Source of the DNA: Tricharina praecox
Lineage: Eukaryota
Length of the DNA: 64,000 nucleotides
Reading direction: 5' to 3'
Assembly (NCBI RefSeq): GCF_024521635.1
Contig: NW_026250410.1
Span: forward strand, 1,178,001 to 1,242,000
The notes beneath the pieces were generated by a model. That model had not been told where the DNA came from. It saw nothing but the letters and a program-made list of their open reading frames with translations, and did no database searches. Every line of letters begins with the position of its first letter. Position 1 is the stretch's first letter. The translations under genes were made by a program, and so were the position numbers. This document shows, one piece after another, positions 12,081-24,332 of the stretch.

Positions 12081-13962
12081 TGGGGTTGTATGGTTATGGG
12101 GGACTGTGGGATTATTGCAAGCGAGCACGCTTCTTCTTTTTTTTCTCTTCTGATTTGAGTTTCATTTGGAAAGCTGGAAGTTGGAAAGTTGGAAAGGTCG
12201 ACGAATTCCGCTCTTGTTTGATTTCGTTGCGTTTTGTGTTATGATGCATGCGTGCGTGCATGCGTGCGTGCGTGTCTGTGAGTTACCGAGTTACCGTTAT
12301 TGAATATACCTGGCGCGATGATACCTTGAGACAAGACGAGACTCGAGGCGAGACTCGATGTGTGGCGTGTGGTGTGCGAAGTGTGGCGTGGTGTGTGGCT
12401 TGTGGTGTGTGGTGTGTGGATTGTGGCGTGCGATGTGCAAAGTGCGAAGTGCTCGCGGGCCGGTGGAGTGCTTGCTGCTGCAGCGGCGGCGGCGGGGAGA
12501 TGGATACATGGTAAGTGCCGCCGACTATCCGCCTGTCTGCTGACTTTCTCGGAGGCCTCGGAAGTGGTGGGGGGTTCACCGAGGAACCGACACGACTCAG
12601 GTACTCTACTTTCCGCTGCAAATACGACGATATCTATGCAAGAGCGGGTGCAAGAGCGGATGCGAAAGCGATGACTATACCGGTAGCACTCCAGATTCGA
12701 AACTTCAATCACCAGCCGAAGAGAATCGCTCCACTCGGTAACGGTAACAACCCGCACACGGCGAACGAGTGAGGGATACGAGTGAGGAATAGGTAAGGAA
12801 GAGTCACACCGGAGCAGCCACCTACGGGAGGCAGGGGCGGATAGGATAGAATGGGACATGATCGAGTGTATGTACATAACCAAATACTTTGAAAACTCTC
12901 ACCAAATCTCACGGTCGAATGGAAGAGAAAAGAATGAGAATGAAAGCGCAGGATTGGATGTGATTCCGGAGTTGGCTTTCGTATGTGTATAAGATGTACC
13001 TACTCGTGACCCGAATCCAAAGCTCCGGCGGTCAGTCCCGAGAGTCCTGAGTGACAAGCTATACGTGAGTAGCCCGCGCCCTGCTGTAGGTACTCTACTC
13101 TACATGTCGTCTACATGTCGTCCACATGTCGTCTACAAGTCTACCGGTACGATGTAGTCCACCAGTACAATACAATCGCAGTAGACCTAAAGCCCGTACA
13201 CAAACGGGTACATACCGGTACCATACTGGTAGAGCTGGATGGAGTTGGCTGGCGGAAGTACCTAGAGTAACTAGAGTAGAGCTGCTCTGCTCTGCTTGTG
13301 ATATCGTGATATCAAGTTACCTATGCGCCTCCATCGGTCCGCCGAACTGGGTACATATGTACTATTATAAGGAACTCCCGCTCCCGGTCCCGCTCCCGCA
13401 CTCGTCCGGTTCGTGATGATGTGTGTATCATAGTTGATCGAAAGGTGCGGGATAGAGCGGCGGGATAGAGCGGCGGGAAAGAGCGGCGAGTCTTCGGTAC
13501 CGGTGTGCGATGTAGGATGTAGGATACCCACCGGTACCTACTCTAGGCAATGCGGGGCACCTTGGTACCTACCGGCACAATATTCTGGCAGAGTTGGCTG
13601 GTAGTGACGAGTTCGGGGGAGATCTTTAAGGTTATATAGACCCCCTCCCTCCTGCAAGGCCCACCACTCGCTCAGCTGTCCCCGACCATGTGCGCGGAGT
13701 GCCGAAGTCTGGGCATGATGAATAACTAATCGCGATTCACGATGTACGGTACGATAGACGATATGATACATACGGCAGCCTGCGGGTAGATTGTGGCTAC
13801 AAAAGTTTCGCCTACTCTACTCCACTCTACTCAGCTCTACATACTCAGTAATATACTCAGCTCTCCTCGCTCTCTTCAGTACTCCACATAACTACTCTGC
13901 TCAGTTAAACAGTTCAGGCGCGCCGTGGCAGGCAGCGGCAGGCAGCGTTTAGTTATATAGCA

Positions 13963-14038
13963 GTGGTGGTGGTGGTGGTGGTGGTGGTGGTGGTGGTGGT
14001 GGTGGTGGTGGTGGTGGTGGTGGTGGTGGTGGTGGTGG
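13963..14038. repeat. (GGT) microsatellite, about 25 copies
   Basis: Read directly. Confidence 0.95.
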
Positions 14039-14749
14039 CGCAACTGACCGCCCGCGCTGACAACCCGTTACCTGCCAGCCCTGCCAACCTAACAACATGA
14101 CATCACTCGGAACTCCGATGCACGGCCACGGATTCATCAGCAATTACCTCTGCCACTCCGCGCCGCCCCACGCCTTTCAGGCTTCCCCCCCCCCACAAAG
14201 TCCCCGGGCGGGCGCAAAGCCCCCAGGCACACAATGACCCCGGCCGCAAAAAGTCCCCGGAGTAATATCAATTAAGGAATACAAGGAACGCAGGGAATGT
14301 AAGGAGGACGTACAGCAACACCGTTACTCCGGCGTCAACGCCGTCGGCGGGAGTGCTCCAACGGGGTGTCTCCGCACCGCCGCGCACGATCGGGGTGCAG
14401 AGTTGTTCCGAGCGGGCCAATTAACCAGCTAGTCACGTACCAATAATGCCATCCATACTACCATCCAGCATAGGTGTTAGGAGTTAGGTAGCCTGAAGGT
14501 AGAAGATGATGGAAGCCTAACGATGTGGGGATGGGTGGGTGGATGCAACTTTTGACGACGGAACCGCGGGTTCGTGTGGCCAAAAAGTCGTGATAAATAG
14601 CAAAGTTTTCCTTCCTCTTCTTTTTTTTTTCATCATCAGCAGCTCATCCACTCCACCGCATCCACTCCACACACACATACCAATTCCCAATCCCAACACC
14701 ACCAACACCACCACACACAACCACAACCACACAACCCCCCACAACAAAA

Positions 14750-15259
14750 ATGACCACCATCACCGTCCCCAACGACTACGGGTAACTCCCCTCCTCCCTC
14801 GCCCCTCCCCCTCTTACCGCCGCTAACCCCGTCCGCAGCTACGTCCTCGGCGTCCTCATCCTGACTGGCATCGTGAACCAATACCAAGGCTTCCTCGTCG
14901 GCAGCGAGCGCAGGCGAGCAAACGTTGCGTACCCGGCAGCATACGCCTCCAACAAGGAGGCGGAGACGGACATTGCGAAGTACCGCTTCAACTGCGCGCA
15001 GCGCGCCCACCAGAACTACCTCGAGAACCTGCCGACCATGATCGTCACCGCGGCGATCGGCGGGCTGACGTACCCCGTTGCGAGCGCGGCGCTGGGCGCC
15101 CTCTGGTTGGCGGGCAGAGTCGTCTATGCTAAGGGATACATTGCTAGCACTATCGAGCAGAAGGGCAGTGGGAGGTATAAGGGCGTCTGGTACATCCTGG
15201 GTCAGCTGGGACTCCTGGGAACCGCTGGGTACACGGTTTATTCCATGGTTATGGCTTAG
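14750..15259 (+). CDS. MAPEG family microsomal glutathione S-transferase 3-like, 150 aa; join(14750..14781,14839..15259)
   Basis: MTTITVPNDYG|YVLGV..., 57-nt GT..GCTAAC..CAG intron, signature FNCAQRAHQNYLE, 'GRVVYAKGY', 'RYKG'. Confidence 0.95.
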
Positions 15260-16824
15260 GTGCGGGTTTGCTGTCTGGCTTTGTTGTGCTTGCTTGCTTG
15301 CTTGCTTGATGGTCCGTCGCGCGGGGTTGGAGGTTGGGGTGTAGGTTATGTACTACCTAGATGAGAGGGCGGCCGAGGGATGAAAGAATAGTTTCTCTCC
15401 AAAATTTTGAACTGTGTGCGCGCGTGATGGGGTGCGGTTTATATATATATGTGTGTGAACGCATTGTGGATGGGGATTGTGGATTATGCAACCGACGTGG
15501 GGTTGTTGCGCCATCGATCTGCCGCCACCACCACCACCACCACCACCACCCCCACCACCACCCCCACCACCACCACTCCATAGTAAATACAAACCTCGTT
15601 CATAAGGCTGTAGAGTACGTACTTCCGGTAGGTACTTACTCAGGTACTTGCGTACTTGGGCACTTATGTATCTGGGCATCTACTCTCGTTACTCTGGAGT
15701 AGGTACTGTGTAAGTACCGGTCGGTACCTCGCAGTGCCCCGCATTGCCTAGACTCTAGAGTAGGTACCGGTAGGTATCCTACATCCTACATATCTACAAA
15801 CATCGCACACCGGTGGAGTACCGGTACCGGTACCGGTGGAGGTAGGTATGCTGCCGGTATGCTAATCGGAATAAAGGCGCTCCACAAGACTCGCCGCCCT
15901 TTCGTGCCGGAGGCCCGGAGGCCCGGAGCGGGAGTTATGTACATAATAGGTAGTAGTTCGGCGAGACTAATGGCGGTCGATATCACGAGCAGGTGTACAG
16001 TGTACTCAACTCTAGGTATCAGATGTATGTACATGGAGGTACCCACCTGGAGTACTCAGTAGCCATCGTCTGAATCTCCCGTGGAACTTGGGAGACTGTG
16101 GCCAACTGAGTACCTACGGATCGTGGGGCATTCTCTGCATGGTGGTGAGCTGCGGGAAGGGGAAAGTAACTGCGGGAACTTCGAAGACGAAGGAGAAAAC
16201 GGAAATGGAAAAAAGGAGACAGGAGATCCAGTTGCACAGTGACAGAGCACATATCGGACCGGAAAGTTGAAGGTTCGGTTTGGATCGTTGTTTATCCGCG
16301 AGGTAAGGTGCGAAGGAAGGGATTGTGATTTGGGGCGAGGAGTGCGGTTCAAAGTTCAATCGAATACCTACCATGATGCCGTGATGGAGATACGGTATAC
16401 ATGAATCTGCCCGAGTACCTACACCTACACCGCCCCTCCACTCTAGCCGCAGCACATCTCTACTCTCAGACCTCGACCGTTCATGAGGAGAATGGATCGA
16501 CGCCGGGATCACCGCTGGTCAATGGTTGATCGTCAGCATCATCTAATCTAATCTTTGATCATCAGATCAGATCCCTCCTCTACGTCTTGGAACCTTGGAG
16601 GCGACCGGTTTCTTTCTTGCGCAGCAGCGGCGATTTCCACTGCCAGTCCCCCCACTCAGACTCAGCACTCTGCACTCCTCAACAGTCTGGGACACGCTCC
16701 GAGACTTTGCGGAGCGCTCGGACTTTACTATACTGGTAACTCACTAGAGTGTATGCGACGTGCGTAGTACGTGTATGTATGGTACGGTACGGTACATCTC
16801 GTAAAGATCGACGAAGATGATGAG

Positions 16825-16868
16825 GAAGAAGAAGAAGAAGAAGAAGAAGAAGAAGAAGAAGAAGAAGA
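16825..16868. repeat. (GAA)n microsatellite
   Basis: Read directly. Confidence 0.95.
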
Positions 16869-17503
16869 GGAGGAATAAGACAAGCAGATGAAGCTGCAAT
16901 GAGGAAGAGCACGAGCAGGACGAGGAGAAGGAAGCTTCCGCTACCATCCACGATGCGGGGCGGTTGCGACTCGCGATTTGCGGAGAAGTGGCCTGGCATT
17001 GCTCTCTACCTGAGACTGACATTCCCGGTCCTCACTGCCCAAGCTCGGAGGAGGAGAAGGATCAGGACGGGGACGAGTGGTGAATCGTGAATGGTGTGGT
17101 GATGGCAACGGCTGATATTATTTTTGACAACTCATCCATCCATCCACCCTGGCGCCATGCACAGAAGGTTTCAGCGGCTCCGGAATGCAGCTTGCGCGGT
17201 GGCCACGGTCGTCCTCATTGCTCGAGGCTCATGGCTCTGGTGGCCCCTCATATGTGCGGCCATTTACCACGCGTGCTGCTCCAATGAACACGGCGGGCGA
17301 AGGCGCCTCTCTCGACTCGAATCTGCTTCACTCCACCGTGCTGGCGATGCCACTGGCCATGTGTCTGCTCTGGGCAGTTACTCTGCTCCATGGGATGGCA
17401 GGCACCTCATCATCATCCTCATCGCCACCTGGCCAGCTCCCCCTCCCCGGCAAAGAAAATTCACCGTGCATACTCTACGGACGCACGACTGCTACGTATG
17501 CAC

Positions 17504-17580
17504 TTGCTTGCCTGCTTGCTTGCCTGCTTGCTTGCCTGCTTGCTTGCTTGCTTGCTTGCTTCTTGCCTGCTTGCTTCTTG
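17504..17580. repeat. Imperfect (TTGC/CTGC)n microsatellite
   Basis: Read directly. Confidence 0.9.
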
Positions 17581-18653
17581 CCCTATCACTCCGTTCCCCG
17601 AATTGTCCACTCATCTTTGATCGATCAATCAATCCTCTCTCCACCTCTCTCACTACTCTAGCCATCGAGTCTCGTGCGGGGGGCGTGACCACCGACCCGA
17701 ACCGAACAAACGAGATCGCGATCCCCATCTCTCGTCCGCCTTCCAGCCACCACCTGGCACCTACCACCTACCACCTTCTCACTTACCCACTCACCCATTA
17801 CCCGACCCAACCCAACCCCTCCCACGCTTACGACTTTATGACGATGCATCTCTAGCGATAACTTTCGATATCGACTTCTATACCAAGTATTTTCACAGAC
17901 ACCGTGGTCTTGACGGCCGAACCGAACCGAACGACCTGACTACCGAGAAAGGAAAGAAAAAACAAAAAGCGAGCCGTTCGTTACCAGCCGATCCGAACCC
18001 GGTAAGTCACGGTGATCGATATTGAGCCTCCTCTCTTCCTCTCTCTCTCCCCGCGAGGCTGGGCTGGGATGAAAGCCGGCGACGAATCATCGCATAGCGG
18101 CCGTTACCAACTCGAATCGGTGCACTCACCACCACTACCACCGCCACACGGCGACCTGAGCGGAGGCTGCGAAGAAGATCACGGCTGTCATCGAGGGGCT
18201 AAACTCCTGTGAGGTACGCTTGGGGGAGGAGGAGGAGGGAGGGGAAACGGGACGCTCGGGTCGGGACCGAGGCAGAGGTGGAGGAGGAGGAGCATTGCGG
18301 GAAAGAGAGTGCGGAAAGCAGCAGCAGCCCAACAGCGGAGGTGGACACATCATCGTCGATAGTACCGAAAGCAAAAAAAGCAGACAGAACATCACCGTCG
18401 AGAGTCCCGCCACCCCTCTCGCTACATACTCCAACGGCTACGGTCTGTATGAGAGCCCTCTCCTTCTGCCTTCTGCTCTCTGCCCTGCTTTGTGTCCTGC
18501 TCTCCGTGCGCCTCCTCCTTCTGCTCTCTGCCCTGCTTTGTGCCCTGCTCTCCGTGCGCCTCCTCCTCCTTTTCTCCTCTTCTCCTCCGCCTCGGGCCTC
18601 GATCCCTCACGGCCTTTGACGCTACAGTCGCCTGGCTGGTGTCACTCCACGAT

Positions 18654-18688
<35 letters not shown>

Positions 18689-19116
18689 CCTTCGGTGTTG
18701 GATTAGGTGTTCCCCCGGCGATGCCTGCCCGTCCGGGTCATGTCGCACTCCCCATCCCTCCATCCACCATCCATCCCCTCACACATCACCCCCCTCCCTT
18801 CAGCCTTCCTGGTGCCCATCCACTCACCGCATCGCTGGCGAAAAATAATAATAATACCATTTCCTTCTTCCTTCTCACCCCTACAGCCTCCTTTCCCGAA
18901 TCTTTTGTTCCTGTCGCCTTCTCGTGTCCTGCCTGCCTTCAAAAAAAAAACACACGCAACCCACACGGAAACGATGACGCTGACTCCGCTCTGCGCCTCA
19001 CAGCTTCCGCCAATAACCACTCTCGACACAACTAGCTCGGTACTTCCTATATCGCGCGCGATTTCCCCCGCCACCTGAATGCGACTCGAAGCACATCGTC
19101 CTCGACCAGAGAAACT

Positions 19117-21990
19117 ATGTGCTTTCCAGCTCCACGAAGTCGTCCACCGCAACCGTCGCCTTCGAGACACCACCATGCCGAGAAGGACAAGTTTCGATCG
19201 GGCTCCTCTTCGGGCTCGGCCACCGATGCATCCTCCCCCGATATCCGCAAGCGCGACGTCCACCGATCGGCTTCCTCGGCCAACAACGAAGACCTTCCCG
19301 TCGGTCGCATAGCCACGGCCCGCTCCGGACCGGGCTCCTCGCATTCGAGATATCCTCCGTCATCGCAGCCGTCGAGTCGCCGGAGATCGAGTCGACGACA
19401 AGAGAGCGTAGGTAGTGATGGTGGAGGTGGAGGGGGCCGACCGCGAGCGCCATCGGCGAGGAAGTCATCATCGAGGAAAGGCAGCGTTCCGCCGAGCCCG
19501 GCTATGAACAAAGACTTGACCCACCAATTATCCGGGATGACGCCGCGAGCGAAGCAGGTGCCGATCATAAAACGGACGCCCGCCGTTTCCACGCAGACCA
19601 CCCCGCGAATCGGCATGTCGAAGAACCCGACACCATCCGGGTCGCCGAAGAAGGGCACGGGTTCGAAGGCGTTCAGCTCGACTTCTTCGGGAAAACTTTC
19701 CGTCGCAACCGCCGATGCCTCTTCCCTCGCGGCTTCCACTTCGCCTCTTTTGAGACCCGGCGGGAGTAGTAGAGGGAGTAGTGACGCTGGCAGCAGTCGC
19801 TCCGGAAGTGTTTCGCGAGAGCGCAGCAAGCGGTCGGGCAGGACCAAAGCGATGGATATGGGTGGGTTGGGTGCGAAAGGGGGAGTGATTGGGCTGGGCA
19901 TAATGACGGAGGCGGCGCCAAAGAAGAGGAAGAGTAAACGGTCCTCTTCTGTCAAGGCGCCCGTGCGCTCACTGACTACTACTACTACCGCGACAGTCAT
20001 CACGACGATCGCATTCCCACCTCCACCACCTCCGACCATTACCATACACGCGGCCAGCTTACCTAAGGTGTCTGCTACAGCAGCGCCCGTCTCCATTGCA
20101 GCACCTCGACCCACACCGGCCCCTTTAAAGGTTCCAGCTCCAGCACCAGCACCTGCGCCAGCACCAGCATCAATTCCACCTCCGGTCTCGGTTCCAGCTC
20201 CAGCACTAGTCCCACCTCCGGCTTCGGCTCCAGCTCCACCACCTGCGACCGCGCCTGGACCTGTACCTGTACCGGCGGCAGCAACCCCGGCTGTATACGT
20301 ATACACCCCCGTCGTCGTTCGGCCGCCGCAGGTCGCAGCTGCACCGGCCAAAGATGTCGTTACCGCGCCCACCATCGCTCCCGCCATCGCTTCCGCACCC
20401 CCGCAAAGACCGCCAATGGTACGGAAGAGTGCCTACATCACAGTTCCCGTTCCGCAACTCAGGCGAAAAGATTCGTCGGCGTCATTGAATTCGCAGTATT
20501 CGATTTCATCAGTTTCTACGGATTCGACGGTCGAGGCCCCGGCACCGGAGCTGACAAGGAGGAGGCCTAGCACTTATGCCTATAGTCCGAAGAAGCCCGC
20601 GCCGGTTCCACATACACCGAAGATGATCCTTCCGGCTACGGAAGAGTCGAGTTCGGAAGAGGAATCGGACGAGGATTCCGAAGATGATGACTCGGACGAG
20701 AGTTGGGAAGAGACGACCGAGCAGCCACCACCACCACCAGCAGCGCCGAAGATGGCGCCACCGAGGGAACGGACAGCTGCACCCAGCAAGATTCCAACAG
20801 TGTACGCTACGAGACGGCGCGAACCGGTGAAGGAAAGGTATCAACCACCTGCGCCCGAGCGTGAGCCTGAGTTAGAGCCCCTGCCACCGGCCAAAAAGTA
20901 CTCGCCAACGCGAGACGCGCGCCCTTCGTCGCGAGCCTCGGTGGAAACTGTGGACTATGCTACTTTTGTTGCCGAGAGCCAGCTGAAGAAGAAGCAGCTG
21001 AGGCTGAAGTCACTCCTACCAGATATGAACGACTCTCCCCTCGTCAAAGCGAATGCTCGACGATCGGCGATTCCGGTCAGCGCTAAAGTTGCCATGTTCT
21101 CTACGCCCGTCTCTCGGGAAGCAAAGGCTCCAGCCCCGGCCAGGCCCAACCTGAGAAGACTCAACACACCGTTGGAGGATGCAGAATATCAAGCCCGCCA
21201 ACAGGCTCTCGCTCTGGTCAAAGCCGAGGTGGAATCCGATGACGAGGTCGAAGAAGAACGACCGGAACACCAAGAATCGGATGAGGAATCGGATGCAAGC
21301 ACCGTCAATTCCTCATTGGCCCCTGCTCCGGATCGGGAGGTTCCTCGTCGGCAGGTCCAAAGCAGCGCTCTACGTCGGCTGAAGAAAGAGGAGCACAAGA
21401 AGCCGTACGACAGTGAAGCATCCTCGATGCTTTCCTGCCGCATGGATGGGAACATGCCCGAGGCCCCGGCGCCCCCGCCTTTTGCGCCCAGTCCTCCGCC
21501 GGTGCACAAACGGCGACGCGGGTCCACCAAGACGGATTACTCGCACCTGCCGCCGCAGGGCGCTGCCGAGAGTTGGTACCCCGAGACCGGCGCCAGTCCG
21601 TGGGAGGTTGAGCAGGATTGGCAGAACGCGGGCGAGATCTGGGAGGAGGATCCATACCTGCCCGAAGCGCCGAGCCCGCCTCCCGGAAGTGACTTTATGC
21701 CGCATCAGGAGAATCGGGAGATGCCGCCGCAGATGCCGCCTCGACGAAGACGGCGCCGCGCACCGGCCGAGCACATGCCGACTCACATTGAGCACATGAG
21801 TCCCCATCCTGAGCACAGAAGCCCACATCCTGTACATCGCACACCGCAGCCTGCGCAGCGCACACCGCAGCCTGCTCACCGAACGCCGCAACCTGCTCAC
21901 CGAACTCCGCAGCCCGCGTACAGCAACGTACAGCAGCCAGGCAGTCACCGGGAGAGCGGATATTACGGTTACGTGCATCCCGGATATTGA
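19117..21990 (+). CDS. Hypothetical Ser/Pro/Ala-rich, probably disordered protein, 957 aa
   Basis: 2.9-kb uninterrupted ORF with acidic tracts and C-terminal HRTPQPA repeats, followed by a T-rich 3' region. No domain recognised. Confidence 0.75.
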   Translation: MCFPAPRSRPPQPSPSRHHHAEKDKFRSGSSSGSATDASSPDIRKRDVHRSASSANNEDLPVGRIATARSGPGSSHSRYPPSSQPSSRRRSSRRQESVGSDGGGGGGRPRAPSARKSSSRKGSVPPSPAMNKDLTHQLSGMTPRAKQVPIIKRTPAVSTQTTPRIGMSKNPTPSGSPKKGTGSKAFSSTSSGKLSVATADASSLAASTSPLLRPGGSSRGSSDAGSSRSGSVSRERSKRSGRTKAMDMGGLGAKGGVIGLGIMTEAAPKKRKSKRSSSVKAPVRSLTTTTTATVITTIAFPPPPPPTITIHAASLPKVSATAAPVSIAAPRPTPAPLKVPAPAPAPAPAPASIPPPVSVPAPALVPPPASAPAPPPATAPGPVPVPAAATPAVYVYTPVVVRPPQVAAAPAKDVVTAPTIAPAIASAPPQRPPMVRKSAYITVPVPQLRRKDSSASLNSQYSISSVSTDSTVEAPAPELTRRRPSTYAYSPKKPAPVPHTPKMILPATEESSSEEESDEDSEDDDSDESWEETTEQPPPPPAAPKMAPPRERTAAPSKIPTVYATRRREPVKERYQPPAPEREPELEPLPPAKKYSPTRDARPSSRASVETVDYATFVAESQLKKKQLRLKSLLPDMNDSPLVKANARRSAIPVSAKVAMFSTPVSREAKAPAPARPNLRRLNTPLEDAEYQARQQALALVKAEVESDDEVEEERPEHQESDEESDASTVNSSLAPAPDREVPRRQVQSSALRRLKKEEHKKPYDSEASSMLSCRMDGNMPEAPAPPPFAPSPPPVHKRRRGSTKTDYSHLPPQGAAESWYPETGASPWEVEQDWQNAGEIWEEDPYLPEAPSPPPGSDFMPHQENREMPPQMPPRRRRRRAPAEHMPTHIEHMSPHPEHRSPHPVHRTPQPAQRTPQPAHRTPQPAHRTPQPAYSNVQQPGSHRESGYYGYVHPGY

Positions 21991-24125
21991 AGCTGGCATC
22001 CGGTTTTTCTTTTTTCTTTCTTTTCTTTTCTTTTCTTTTTTTGTCTCTTTTTTTTTTTTTTTTTTTTGAGTGGTCGACATAACGCCTGCACATTGCAATC
22101 AACGAGTACATCTTCCCAGATTAGCCCTGGGGGAGGGGATTCCCTTCCTGCATCTGCATCTACATCTATCTACATCTACATGCTGCTCCGATTGTTTTTT
22201 TCCCTTCATCTTTCTTTCACATTTCATTTGTTCTCGGCGCGAAGCGGGCATAGGTTGCTGGGGTTCTGGTTGGTTGGGTTTTGCCTTTGAGCGGTCGGTT
22301 GGGTATCTCTCACACGTTGCATGCTGTATGTTGTACATGTTGTTTGTTCTCTGTGTGTCTCTTTTTCCTTTTGGCTTTCACCTTCTCGGTGCTGCAACTC
22401 GATGTGCATGTTGCATCTGGCTTTACCTCACGACGACCACGACCACGACACGCTTAGTTAGACGCAGATGGGATAGATGTATGTATGTGCCTTGTTGCTT
22501 GCTGCTTGTATTGGCTCCACTCGGTCCGGTGCGTACATACGTGCCTTGTTTGCTCGCATGCATCCGACTAGCGGCTTTGCACGTTTACCTTACCGTCCTT
22601 TTCTGTTTTATCCGTTTTCTGTTTTCCGTTTTCCTGTTTTCGGCTTTCGTTTTATTTTGTTGTTTTCTATTTTGTGGACCCCCCCCCCCCCCCCTCCCTT
22701 TCCGCCTCTCGCCTTTGTTTTTTTGGCTGCCACGACTTACTGGGGCGGGCCGGGGAACATGTGCATGTACCTAGGAGGCGGAGGTGGTGGTGGCGCGTAT
22801 CATAGCAGCAGCAGCAGCAGCCACGTTTGCTTTTCTTTCTTTCTTTCTTGCCTTTTTCTTTTTACTTCTTACGGCTATTTACGGGCGAGCTGAGAAGAGC
22901 TGGGGGACTTGGGGAGCAGTGATGATGATACACCGTGCTATTTGGAAAGAAGAGAGAGAGAGAGAGAAGGAAAGGCACACAAGAAGTATGTAAACAAGCA
23001 AAGTAAGTAGCACTTGAGTAGCAAGACGATGAATGAGAGGAAGAGGGAAGGAGTTGGTTGAGCTTGCTTGGGTGCTGTCGCGATCGTGAAGTGATGGGAA
23101 CCCATCCCCGCTGTGAGACGGCGAAACTTTTGGGAAGGTGGGTTTCAACTTTCGTCGTGATTAGCCTTTCACAGTTCGAAGCAAAGAAAGAAAGAACGGC
23201 CAGCCGGAACAAGTCGACTTGAAAGACGAAGCCAAAGCCATCAATGGGGGCCTAGACTTCGGATGGCATGGATGGATGATGGATGATGGATGATGGATGA
23301 TGGATGATGGATCGCGTCTCCGACTTTGCGGAGGAGGGGAAGGAGGCCGAAACAAGAGTGCTGGGTCCGGGGTCGTGGAGCATGCGCTGCCAAGCTGAAC
23401 TGAGCTGTGGCAGGGTTGCTGTTGGTCGATATGTTCACGGTTCATGGGTGGTGGTGGTTGTGCTGGTGGTGGGTTGCTGTTGCTGGTGGTGGAGTAGAGT
23501 GCCGTGGTGGACAGTCGAAAACAGAGCGGACCCAGGATTCTCGCTTGCTGCACACAGACAGAACGGTAAGCTCACCCACTACCTAAACTCACTAACCCAC
23601 CGACACTCCGGTACCCCTCCCTCCCCCGTCATCCTCCCTCCCCCAGTTGTGTGGTGAGCTAGACACACAACTCCTCGCTATCCTCTAGCCCTCCCTCCTT
23701 GCGCGGATCCATACAATAATCAACTGCACTTTCCTTCCGTCCATGCCATGTAACCAACTACATAGGACGCTCTTCTCTTACATACTTCTCTCTTGCGAAC
23801 CTCTACAAACTAGCTATACTCCACTTCCGTCGCCGTCGCCGTCGTCGCCCTCGCTCGCTCGCTCTCTCCTTCCCTTCTTCCGACCTCCGCCCTTCCTCCC
23901 TACACCTCAGAGCTACAAAGCTAGCTACCTACCCACTGGCAACAGCCTCGCAGACCACCCCATCAAATAGCGGTAGCGAAACGGCGAAACGACGAAACGA
24001 ACGATCCTTCAAAGTTTGACTCTGGTGGTCTGCTACACTAGTTGGAACCCACGGAGAGAGGTGGAGGGGGAAACTCTGCTTGGGTAGCTGGCGGACCGAC
24101 GCCGCTTCTTCAACTACAGCCACTG

Positions 24126-24300
24126 CGACTACGACTACGACTACTACGACTACTGCTTCTTCTTCTATACGGCTACTGCTACTACTACTACTATTATTAC
24201 TACTACACTAAAACTATTACTGCTACTGCTACTGCTACTGCTGCTACTGCTACTGCTACTGCTGCTACTGCTACTGCTACTGCTACTGCTACTGCTACTG

Positions 24301-24331
<31 letters not shown>

Positions 24332-24332
24332 C
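24126..24332. repeat. Compound (CTACGA)/(CTA)/(CTACTG)n microsatellite
   Basis: Read directly. Confidence 0.93.

Larger units (their letters stand above)
10086..13000. repeat. Degenerate inverted-repeat pair enclosing gene 11334-12080
   Basis: 10119-10130 / 12947-12958; 10183-10194 / 12881-12892; 10267-10280 / 12848-12862; collinear. Confidence 0.7.
13255..16020. repeat. Inverted-repeat pair (arms about 13255-14070 and 15495-16020) enclosing the MAPEG gene
   Basis: 13542-13560 equals revcomp of 15734-15752 (19/19); 13510-13546 vs 15755-15791 (36/37); (GGT)n is mirrored by (CCA)n. Confidence 0.92.
16150..23900. repeat. Degenerate inverted-repeat pair enclosing the 957-aa gene
   Basis: 16154-16200 / 23861-23900; 16199-16211 / 23730-23740; 16294-16300 / 23702-23708; 16335-16343 / 23670-23678; collinear. 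Confidence 0.65.

Noticed and set aside
13255..16020. Gene-flanking inverted repeats as TIRs of Mutator/foldback transposons
   Set aside because: No transposase, no recognisable TSDs or sharp termini, arms unrelated between units, and a core gene is enclosed. Not fully excludable without a genome-wide search.
18209..19344. Several overlapping 100-270 aa ORFs upstream of the 957-aa gene
   Set aside because: Low complexity (a ~45-nt duplication and (GT)n) with no coding bias; probably promoter or 5' UTR.
19047..20387. 446-aa minus-strand ORF, and similar antisense ORFs at 194-841, 29555-30685 and 39893-40687
   Set aside because: Shadow ORFs of GC-rich sense genes.
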